Shown: positions 7,185 to 13,932 of the stretch, piece after piece
Numbering within the stretch: the stretch's first letter is position 1
Layout of the letters: each line of letters opens with the position of its first letter
Source: a virus
Taxonomy: Duplodnaviria > Caudoviricetes
Reading direction: 5' to 3' (one strand)
Virus record (IMG/VR): IMGVR_UViG_3300008003_000032
Span: 1 to 31,467 of that record
Length of the DNA stretch: 31,467 bases
Program-made: the position numbers and the translations under genes
The notes under the pieces: generated by a model
Told to the model about the DNA's origin: nothing
The model's input: only the letters and a program-made list of their open reading frames with translations
The model's database searches: none

Positions 7185-7388
7185 ATGGCTGAAATAAATT
7201 CAGTAAAACTTGGACAGAAAGTTCATGTATTGCCCATCTTTCCGGATGAACCACAGGATATGGTCGGCGTTGTGACCGAAATTGATGCAGAATATTGCGA
7301 TGAAGAATGTGGTAGAGACTTAATGGTCAAACTATCAAATGGTGATATGATTGATGCTTGCGAAAAAATGGTAGAAATACTCAACTAA
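7185..7388 (+). CDS. small SH3/KOW-like hypothetical protein
   Basis: GGAG RBS before ATG 7185; KLGQKVHV..GVVTEID pattern. Confidence 0.7.
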   Translation: MAEINSVKLGQKVHVLPIFPDEPQDMVGVVTEIDAEYCDEECGRDLMVKLSNGDMIDACEKMVEILN

Positions 7389-7462
7389 ATACTATAACTA
7401 TTGACTGCTTAACATGATTCGCATAATTGTTTGGGCATTATATGTTACCCCGATAGTTATTT

Positions 7463-7543
7463 CCTTCGAGCGCTGGGACGCAACTGGGTCTTCTAAACCC
7501 GTGCCTTTGAGCTATCCAGGTTCGATTCCTGGGCGGAGGACCA
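7463..7543 (+). tRNA. trnR: atypical tRNA-Arg(TCT), short D arm, long variable region
   Basis: TGGGT-CTTCTAA-ACCCG, 14-nt variable region, CCAGG-TTCGATT-CCTGG, ACCA. Confidence 0.8.
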
Positions 7544-7553
7544 AAAAGAGTAT

Positions 7554-7630
7554 GTCCACGTAGCCCAATTGGTAGAGGCTGCATCCTGAGACGGTGTATA
7601 GTGTGGGTTCGAATCCCATTGTGGACACCA
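7554..7630 (+). tRNA. trnL: tRNA-Leu(GAG) with short variable loop
   Basis: GTCCACG/TGTGGAC + ACCA, GCATC-CTGAGAC-GGTGT, variable ATAGT. Confidence 0.9.
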
Positions 7631-7750
7631 ATAGATATATTGTTGAGCGGTTGGCGGTGGCTGTTTACCACAATGCCAGTCGTAGGACTGGGACACCAAC
7701 ACCCGAGGATGGTCTCCGCAGGCGTAAAGAGCCGTGTATGCAATGTCTAT
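7631..7750 (+). ncRNA. ATATATTG/CAATGT-closed RNA, copy C (multi-hairpin)
   Basis: ATAGAT-AT-ATTGT / GCAAT-GTCTAT helix fills the gap between two tRNAs; hairpins CGGTTGGC/GCCAGTCG, GGACT/GGTCT, GGC-GTAAAGA-GCC. Confidence 0.55.
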
Positions 7751-7754
7751 TTTT

Positions 7755-7828
7755 GCTGCCGTAGCTCAATTGGTAAGAGGCGCTCAGAGTAATTTGAGAA
7801 GTTAGAGGTTCGATTCCTCTCGGGGGCA
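7755..7828 (+). pseudogene. pseudo-tRNA (Thr-like body, 6-nt anticodon loop)
   Basis: TAGCTCAATTGGT D arm and GGTTCGATTCC T arm intact; loop AGTAAT, acceptor mismatch, ends ACTA. Confidence 0.7.
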
Positions 7829-7856
7829 CTACTAAGATAACAAAAGGATACGGTAG

Positions 7857-8513
7857 ATGGCTAAACTTTCTTCAAAAGATATTAAGATATTATTGAACTT
7901 AAAAAGTATACCCGAATTTAAATCCTTTTCTAAAGTAACTAGTTCATATAATTTTAAAATAGGTGATTGGAAAAGAATTAGAAAATACAATACATCCAAA
8001 GGTATTAGGCGAATTTTTACAAAAGAGCACACACCATTTATTGCTTATGTTGACGAATTAAAAAATGGTGAGATTGATATTCTTATTAGACTAGCTAACG
8101 ACTTTGAAGTATTAATGATTTCTGATACACTTTCATCAAAATATTACCATAATGGTTGTATAGCAGAAGATATCTCATTAAATTATAATTTAGATGATGC
8201 TTATGAATTATCAGAAGGACTGCTTCCGGAAGAATTTGAATTTGCTCTACATGTTGATGGAGATGAACTAACTATATTTGTTCAACCAATCCATGTAAAA
8301 GGATATGACCAAGAAATATATTATATTACTCCACTTTTTGGGGGATTGACGGACGGCGAAGTTACAGAATGTCATTTTACCCTAACCGATAAAGCTGTTA
8401 AAACAAAGAGTGAAGCTATCAAAAATTTAACTGCATTGGGATTTAATTATAGCCCTTCCTTACTTGATGGTAGCGATGGCGACGACGAAGAATATGATGC
8501 AGAAGTCGATTGA
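7857..8513 (+). CDS. hypothetical protein
   Basis: 218-aa ORF, AAGGA RBS, acidic tail. Confidence 0.75.
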   Translation: MAKLSSKDIKILLNLKSIPEFKSFSKVTSSYNFKIGDWKRIRKYNTSKGIRRIFTKEHTPFIAYVDELKNGEIDILIRLANDFEVLMISDTLSSKYYHNGCIAEDISLNYNLDDAYELSEGLLPEEFEFALHVDGDELTIFVQPIHVKGYDQEIYYITPLFGGLTDGEVTECHFTLTDKAVKTKSEAIKNLTALGFNYSPSLLDGSDGDDEEYDAEVD

Positions 8514-8704
8514 AATGAAGATAATTTACTAAATTTACGTACCAAACAAACATTTGGTGAATATAAATAAAAGGTATGCAACGGATTTTAGATGAAAAAT
8601 CAGCGCCAAAAGAAATAACCGATGTTCTCTCAAAATTTTTAGAGGAAATGAAACGAGATTCACCGATTGACAAACTACTTAAAAAATAGTAATCTATTTT
8701 TAAT

Positions 8705-8777
8705 AGCCCGGACACTTGATAGTGGGCAAGTCCTCATAAGACTTCGCAAATGGGTTTGATTCCCATCCAGGCTACCA
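8705..8777 (+). tRNA. divergent tRNA with CAT anticodon (Met or Ile2)
   Basis: AGCCCGG/CCAGGCT + ACCA, AAGTC-CTCATAA-GACTT, reduced D arm CACT-TGAT-AGTG. Confidence 0.7.
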
Positions 8778-8819
8778 ATTAAGACATAAATACTACATAC
8801 TTCTTTTTTTGGAGAAATT

Positions 8820-9038
8820 ATGTGGTATATTAAAGAAACAATTTCAAACAAATATGTTTACAAATGTTTTAGTGACTATTGTATTACAACCGGCAATTTA
8901 AACCAAGCGATAGTTTTTTCCAAACTGCCAGAAGCTAAAAAAATGGCAGAAATACTACAAAATGAATATGATGCTAAATGGAATCACCATTCAGAAAGAT
9001 GTAATAAAAAAATATTTAAAACTATTTCTGTAGGTTGA
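8820..9038 (+). CDS. hypothetical protein
   Basis: 72 aa, GGAG RBS; resembles 9206..9481. Confidence 0.7.
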   Translation: MWYIKETISNKYVYKCFSDYCITTGNLNQAIVFSKLPEAKKMAEILQNEYDAKWNHHSERCNKKIFKTISVG

Positions 9039-9205
9039 CATTATTTTATAATAATATAAAGTATGGTAGAAGACAAACATGGTATGTCATTCAGTGGTGT
9101 ATTTTGGCTATTAATTAATGGTTTTTCTATATTAATTAATTCTAAAATCTCTAAATTGGGTTAGTATTTATCCGATCTTCACTTTTATTGGCAAAGGAGT
9201 TATTT

Positions 9206-9481
9206 ATGTGGGTAGTTCGTTGCGCTATTACCGGCGAATATATTCTTAATTCCCAATCCAAGGCTGCTCTAGAAAATAAAACAGATTCAAAATATGCTAA
9301 AATATATAGTTCTTTATCTGGAGCAAAATCTGCAAGGGGAAATATCCAATCATTATACGATTATTGGCATGGTAGCCATTTAACGCCATGTGATATGGGA
9401 TATGCTGAATATATAGCACACGGCAAAAACTATATGTTAAGAAATTTTGAAGTTATTGAAGTAACCGTTAATTTAAATTAA
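9206..9481 (+). CDS. hypothetical protein
   Basis: AAGGAG RBS before ATG 9206. Confidence 0.7.
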   Translation: MWVVRCAITGEYILNSQSKAALENKTDSKYAKIYSSLSGAKSARGNIQSLYDYWHGSHLTPCDMGYAEYIAHGKNYMLRNFEVIEVTVNLN

Positions 9482-9587
9482 AACCCGACGATATCAGCTG
9501 ATAATAAATCGTTGAAATTTGTGTCTCATCGTTATAAAAATAAGGTTGACGAATGAATATAATTATCGTATTATAAATATACTAAAT

Positions 9588-9660
9588 GGAGGATGCGCCA
9601 GATGGGAAGGCATCACGTTTACACCGTGACATTAACCGTGTTCGATTCACGGATCCTCTA
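9588..9660 (+). tRNA. trnV: tRNA-Val(TAC)
   Basis: GGAGGAT/ATCCTCT, TCACG-TTTACAC-CGTGA; ends ACTA. Confidence 0.88.
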
Positions 9661-9663
9661 CTA

Positions 9664-9733
9664 AGAAAGCCGAATGAAATAGGTTATCGTTTATTGAACA
9701 AACCCAAATGTCTATTTCAACCATTTGCTTTCT
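9664..9733 (+). ncRNA. Y RNA copy 2, minimal, without tRNA module
   Basis: AGAAAGC-C-GAA-TGAAATAGG-TTATCG ... TCTATTTCA-ACCATTT-GCTTTCT; same carrier stem, ~20-nt interior. Confidence 0.75.
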
Positions 9734-9737
9734 AATT

Positions 9738-9812
9738 GGACGCATAGCTCAGCGGGAGAGCGGAGTCTTAACACGGCTTAGGTCCTAGGTTCAATCCCTA
9801 GTGTGTCCACCA
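9738..9812 (+). tRNA. trnV: tRNA-Val(AAC)
   Basis: GGACGCA/TGTGTCC + ACCA, GAGTC-TTAACAC-GGCTT, canonical D and T arms. Confidence 0.9.
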
Positions 9813-9831
9813 ACAAAAAAAAGGTATTGTT

Positions 9832-10008
9832 ATGAAAAATCGTAATTTCAAAAAACAGTTCAAAGCAATAAAAACAATTTTACGAAAAGAACAAGAAGAA
9901 AGACATGCTGGGTTAGACTGGGCCAAATGGGGCCTAAGTAGAGAAGAAGTAGTTGAAAACGTTGATAATTATAATAAAAAAGGTATAATTAGAAGGCTTA
10001 ACGTATAA
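9832..10008 (+). CDS. small basic hypothetical protein (58 aa)
   Basis: ATG 9832 to TAA 10008, AAGG upstream; below the ORF-track cutoff. Confidence 0.5.
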   Translation: MKNRNFKKQFKAIKTILRKEQEERHAGLDWAKWGLSREEVVENVDNYNKKGIIRRLNV

Positions 10009-10093
10009 TTTTTTAAAAATTTTGGTAGACATTTCAAAAAATCAACTTATATTAAGATGAGATGAGACGTGAATAATTAATGTGTGACTTAAT

Positions 10094-10169
10094 GCTCCTG
10101 TAGTATAATGGCTTATTACAAGGTTTTGGTAGAACTTAGACGACAGTTCGATTCTGTCCTGGAGCACCA
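10094..10169 (+). tRNA. trnT: tRNA-Thr(GGT)
   Basis: AGGTT-TTGGTAG-AACTT, GTTCGATTC, ACCA. Confidence 0.9.
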
Positions 10170-10199
10170 TGTAGTTGTACTTAGAAAAGGAACTGTATA

Positions 10200-10418
10200 A
10201 TGAATGCAACTATATTAAGTTTTTTAGCATGTTTAAGAACTGACCCTGCAGTTTGTGAAACAGTTAGTATTAGATTTGATCCTGCAGAAGTAAGTGTAGA
10301 ACGATGTGAATTAGCGTTTCAACAGGTTTTGGCAGGTTGGGTGGGGCAAAACCCAAAATATAGAATTAAAGGAAACATTAATTGCAAATCATCTGAAGAT
10401 GTTGATATTCCAATTTAA
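10200..10418 (+). CDS. small Cys-containing protein of a type seen in alphaproteobacteria
   Basis: ACL..P..CE..C...Q..LA.W...P.Y.I...C pattern; AAGGA RBS. Confidence 0.7.
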   Translation: MNATILSFLACLRTDPAVCETVSIRFDPAEVSVERCELAFQQVLAGWVGQNPKYRIKGNINCKSSEDVDIPI

Positions 10419-10425
10419 CTAAATT

Positions 10426-10558
10426 GGTCAGGTGGCAGAGTGGCTTATTGAAATTAATTTTACACAAAGAAAATCAATCTAAATATTCAAATAGTTTAAT
10501 TACACTAGATGAATTGCTTGACAGAATAAATATATTTAATGTAACATATGATTTTTAA
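10426..10558 (+). pseudogene. deletion scar: 5' fragment of tRNA-Ser fused to 3' end of an endonuclease-like ORF
   Basis: GGTCAGGTGGCAGAGTGGCTTATTG resembles the start of tRNA-Ser at 12623; followed by startless KLILHKENQSKYSNSLITLDELLDRI..F*. Confidence 0.6.
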
Positions 10559-10559
10559 T

Positions 10560-10634
10560 GGTTAGATGCCGGAGTAGTTACGGGACAGTCTGCAAAACTG
10601 GTCAACGCGGGTGCAAATCCCTCTCTAACCTCCA
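10560..10634 (+). tRNA. trnC: tRNA-Cys(GCA)
   Basis: GGTTAGA/TCTAACC + TCCA (U73), loop CTGCAAA. Confidence 0.9.
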
Positions 10635-10767
10635 ATACAAGACAAATAGAGCGGGTTATCGATTCTGTGAAAATCCTTGTCCGAGTTCGAATCTCGGCGG
10701 CAGTTGAAAAACTGTTGTGATGTAATGATAGCATAACAAAACATCCAATCTAACACCTTGCTTGTAT
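10635..10767 (+). ncRNA. yrlA: Y RNA (YrlA-like) copy 3 with permuted tRNA module, GTG anticodon hairpin
   Basis: ATACAAG/CTTGTAT stem, GGTTATCG, GATT-CTGTGAA-AATC, CCGAG-TTCGAAT-CTCGG, acceptor CGGCAGTT-GAAA-AACTGTTG, D arm ATGT-AATGATA-GCAT, AAAACATC. Confidence 0.8.
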
Positions 10768-10775
10768 TAAACTAT

Positions 10776-10912
10776 ACATAAGCCGAATAAAAAAGGTTAT
10801 CGCATTATAAGCCTCTATTCCAAGTTCAATTCTTGGTCACCCCACCAAATTATCGGGTGATAGTGTAACGGTAACACGGAGAAAAACATCTTTTTTAACT
10901 ACTTGCTTATGT
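10776..10912 (+). ncRNA. yrlA: Y RNA (YrlA-like) copy 4 with permuted tRNA module retaining internal ACCA
   Basis: ACATAAGC/GCTTATGT stem, GCCGAA, GGTTATCG, 3' tRNA half 10802-10847, 5' half 10854-10881. Confidence 0.85.
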
Positions 10913-10915
10913 TAT

Positions 10916-10990
10916 GCGCGATTAACTCAGTGGTAGAGTACAGTCCTGATAAGACTGGAGTCGCTGGTTCAAGTCCAGCATCGCGCACCA
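10916..10990 (+). tRNA. trnI: tRNA-Ile(GAT)
   Basis: GCGCGAT/ATCGCGC + ACCA, CAGTC-CTGATAA-GACTG. Confidence 0.95.
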
Positions 10991-11059
10991 ATAAAATACC
11001 TTGACACCCATCAATAAAAATCGTATCTATAAGATAGTTTTATAGCAAGGATATAATAC

Positions 11060-11506
11060 ATGGAACCCTATGAATATATTTGTAATACAAACCCTATTCG
11101 AATAGTTGGCGGTTTTACATTATATTTTGATAATGATGCAACACTTTTTTATTCAAAGTCTAAGAAAAAATCCATTAGATTCCATAAATTAAAAGAAAAT
11201 TATATTGGCTATACTAAGTATTATCTATCAACATATATCAAGCGTTATACTGCTAATACACACGGAGCCAATATAGTAAAATGCCCAAGGTGCGAAAGTA
11301 CCGGAGATTTGGCTAAATTTTGGCGAGTAAATTGCAACACTTGTGGCCTTTGGTTAGAAACCGATGAAACCTTTTTATATACTTGGGGTGATATACTAAA
11401 AGAAGTTAAGGGTTATTTTTCAAATAAATATTATTATAACAATGAAGAAATTTCTCTTAAAGAATATAACGAATTAGCGGTATATTATAGACTAGAAAGA
11501 ATGTAA
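11060..11506 (+). CDS. hypothetical protein with zinc ribbon
   Basis: CPRC..CNTC; AAGGA RBS; TTGACA at 11001. Confidence 0.7.
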   Translation: MEPYEYICNTNPIRIVGGFTLYFDNDATLFYSKSKKKSIRFHKLKENYIGYTKYYLSTYIKRYTANTHGANIVKCPRCESTGDLAKFWRVNCNTCGLWLETDETFLYTWGDILKEVKGYFSNKYYYNNEEISLKEYNELAVYYRLERM

Positions 11507-11656
11507 ATTACCAATAATTTATATTTACTCTATTATACCATGCATCGATAATAGCATAATAGAAATTCTAGGGTCAAATTTAATGCTACCTTGAAAAAGT
11601 ATTTTGCCCATTTTATCTACAAATTAATATTTATATCATAAATCATAAAAAAGAAT

Positions 11657-11732
11657 GGGGTCTTAGCTCACCTGGTAGAGCGTTTCACTGGCAGTGAAAA
11701 GGTAAAGGGTTCGAGTCCCTTAGGCTCCACCA
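11657..11732 (+). tRNA. trnA: tRNA-Ala(GGC)
   Basis: GGGGTCT/AGGCTCC with G3:U70, TTTCA-CTGGCAG-TGAAA, ACCA. Confidence 0.95.
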
Positions 11733-11805
11733 ATTTAAATTTTGATTTTAAATTCATTTTACTATATTAATATACTATGTTTAATATAACAAAAAAGAGG
11801 ATTTT

Positions 11806-12252
11806 ATGGATTTTAATGTCAAATATTCCATGGGGTTAGTTTTTGATACTAGTAAAAACTATGTTATGCTACTTCAAAAAACAAAACCCGATTTTTTAAA
11901 AGGTAAGTGGAATGCGCCGGGAGGTAAAATTGAAGAAAATGAAACTGCACTAGATTGTTGTGTGCGAGAAGTTTACGAAGAAACAGATGTTAAAATTTTT
12001 AGTGACCACTGGACTCACATATTTCATTTAGAAAATATGCCTAAAAAATATTCATTAGATATATTTTATACCGTTTCTGATTTAATTTTTACAGCTAGAA
12101 CTACCACTGAAGAGCAAGTTCAAATAGTAAAGTTGGATAATATAGACATGTATCCATTGGCTACGAATATCAACTGGTTTATTGAATTCGCTAGAGAAAG
12201 AAGTAACTCATTCATGTTACCCATCTGTATAGATGATTTTGGTGGTGATTAA
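11806..12252 (+). CDS. Nudix hydrolase (MutT-like)
   Basis: Nudix box GGKIEENETALDCCVREVYEETD. Confidence 0.92.
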   Translation: MDFNVKYSMGLVFDTSKNYVMLLQKTKPDFLKGKWNAPGGKIEENETALDCCVREVYEETDVKIFSDHWTHIFHLENMPKKYSLDIFYTVSDLIFTARTTTEEQVQIVKLDNIDMYPLATNINWFIEFARERSNSFMLPICIDDFGGD

Positions 12253-12274
12253 CAATTAAATAGGGAAATGTATA

Positions 12275-12577
12275 ATGACTAGATATTTGATAAGTTTTGG
12301 TAACGAAGGTCTTGAAACGGTTGTAAATCTTGATGAGCTAAAAGCGCAGGATGATGATTTTTTGGCCGCAAAACTCGCAGACCTTGAAAACAAAAATAAG
12401 CAAAGCCTGCCGTCTGGGCAGGTAATGCAGATGTTACAGTTACGCTATAGAATTAATATGCACCGTTGCATCAAAAGTTATATTTTGGAATACGATGGAC
12501 AAAAAAACGATATATGGGACCATGAAAAATTTATTATCAAACTTCTGAAAAAAGAAGGCAAAGAAATACGAATTTAA
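12275..12577 (+). CDS. hypothetical protein
   Basis: 100-aa ORF. Confidence 0.7.
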   Translation: MTRYLISFGNEGLETVVNLDELKAQDDDFLAAKLADLENKNKQSLPSGQVMQMLQLRYRINMHRCIKSYILEYDGQKNDIWDHEKFIIKLLKKEGKEIRI

Positions 12578-12622
12578 GTTGACACTAAGTCTGTATGTGC
12601 TAATATATAAATACTAAAAAAT

Positions 12623-12713
12623 GGATGGGTGGCAGAGCCCGGCTTATTGCACCGGTCTTGAAAACCGGCGAAGTTAATAGCTTCCGTGAGTTCAAATCTC
12701 ACCCCATCCGCCA
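12623..12713 (+). tRNA. trnS: tRNA-Ser(TGA)
   Basis: GGATGGG/CCCATCC + GCCA, CCGGT-CTTGAAA-ACCGG, long variable arm. Confidence 0.96.
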
Positions 12714-12751
12714 AACTACTTAAACTACTTAAACTACTTAAACTACTTAAA
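12713..12751. repeat. 9-bp tandem repeat (AAACTACTT)x4
   Basis: read directly; starts at the tRNA-Ser 3' end. Confidence 0.9.
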
Positions 12752-12767
12752 ATAATACCATTGTATT

Positions 12768-12853
12768 GGAACGGGGGCAGGATGGTAATGCAGCAGATTG
12801 CTAATCTGTAACACCGAAAGGTGTACTGGGTTCGACTCCCAGTCGTTCCGCCA
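12768..12853 (+). tRNA. trnS: tRNA-Ser(GCT)
   Basis: GCAGA-TTGCTAA-TCTGT, ACACC-GAAA-GGTGT variable arm, GCCA. Confidence 0.95.
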
Positions 12854-12948
12854 ATACGCTAAACGAGAGATAAAAATGATTAATTTTAGATACCTAAATT
12901 CTTTTTCTACTCGATGTTTTAGAAATAACACATCTGGAGTAAAAAGTA

Positions 12949-13173
12949 ATGGGCACAAAAACAAGATTTCAATTAAGCCATAAAATTGTTTTGAAAATCA
13001 CACATAGGCAAATAGCATACGATATGTTGTTGTGGTGTTATCAAAACAGTGACATATTTTATTCATCTTTTAATTTTGATGACATAGATTCTCTTTATGA
13101 TATTGAAATAATTTCCTTTGAGAATTCTAATGATGCATTAAGTTTTACACTTACCTTTATTGGATTGGAATAA
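12949..13173 (+). CDS. small hypothetical protein (F-x4-DA-x2-F-x-L family)
   Basis: C-terminal FENSNDALSFTLTF. Confidence 0.6.
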   Translation: MGTKTRFQLSHKIVLKITHRQIAYDMLLWCYQNSDIFYSSFNFDDIDSLYDIEIISFENSNDALSFTLTFIGLE

Positions 13174-13319
13174 AATTAAATAAGCCGAAGTATTAGGATT
13201 ATCGTAAAACTCCGGGTCGTGAGTTCAAATCTCACTTTCTGCACTAATACGCAGAAGTAGCTCAGCGGGTAGAGCAGAAGTCTAAAACAGCCTTTTACAA
13301 CCCTTGCTTATTTAATTTT
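13172..13319 (+). ncRNA. yrlA: Y RNA (YrlA-like) copy 5 with complete permuted tRNA
   Basis: 14-bp terminal stem AAAATTAAATAAGC/GCTTATTTAATTTT, GCCGAAG, GATTATCG, 3' half 13204-13246, 5' half 13251-13283. Confidence 0.85.
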
Positions 13320-13899
13320 GGAATAATATCCCAGCGAATACCGGTTGGTATAGTGCCATAATATTGGTATATTTTGATATATCTTCATCTGTGGGATTTC
13401 TAGTCAATGCCCCAAAATATCCAACTACTTCATTGCGTTGGTTTACCAACGGACAACGTAAGTCAACATCAAATTCACCATCATTTATTCCGGGTAATTC
13501 TATACGTATTCCCACACACTTGCCCTGCAGCGTTTCATGTATTCGTGGGATACTATCCAATGGTATATTTTGATAAGTTGCTAAACGAGAATTAAATTCT
13601 TTTCTTATTGCGTCGTCATCTGTATTCTTTCGCCAAAAGAATACTTCATTAACCAATGGCGGGTGAAATTCGTCATTTTGCCATCTTAATCCATTGTGAA
13701 AAAGAGAAATATAAATTAAATCCAAATTAATAGTATCGCCCAATTCGTCTAATTTTTCTCTAATAATTGGTGCTTTTTCGGCAAATCGTTCCGGGTCATA
13801 TGTAGTGGATAGATAGTAATTTTTTTCTTTATACAACCAATAACTTGAAATGACGAACCCCGTCAAAAAAATTGATAAAAGTATTATTATATATTTCAT
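13312..13899 (-). CDS. membrane-anchored GAF-like protein (T4 holin T-like), paralog 2
   Basis: N-terminal TM, SLFHNG, GKCVG..RCPL..VVGYFG. Confidence 0.65.
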   Translation of the reverse strand: MKYIIILLSIFLTGFVISSYWLYKEKNYYLSTTYDPERFAEKAPIIREKLDELGDTINLDLIYISLFHNGLRWQNDEFHPPLVNEVFFWRKNTDDDAIRKEFNSRLATYQNIPLDSIPRIHETLQGKCVGIRIELPGINDGEFDVDLRCPLVNQRNEVVGYFGALTRNPTDEDISKYTNIMALYQPVFAGILFQN

Positions 13900-13932
13900 G
13901 ATTACCTATTATGTTGTCAGTGCTGCCAATAT

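Noticed and set aside
7438-7792. ORFs 7438..7743, 7493..7702, 7601..7792 (also 349..543, 369..566, 580..771, 1453..1755, 3123..3347, 4446..4637, 12743..12964)
   Set aside because: They run through tRNA or ncRNA genes, lack convincing RBSs and reflect the GC-rich RNA sequence.
9486-9514. Hairpin CGACGAT..ATCGTTG as a novel ncRNA
   Set aside because: A single short hairpin right after a stop codon; more simply a terminator or stability element.
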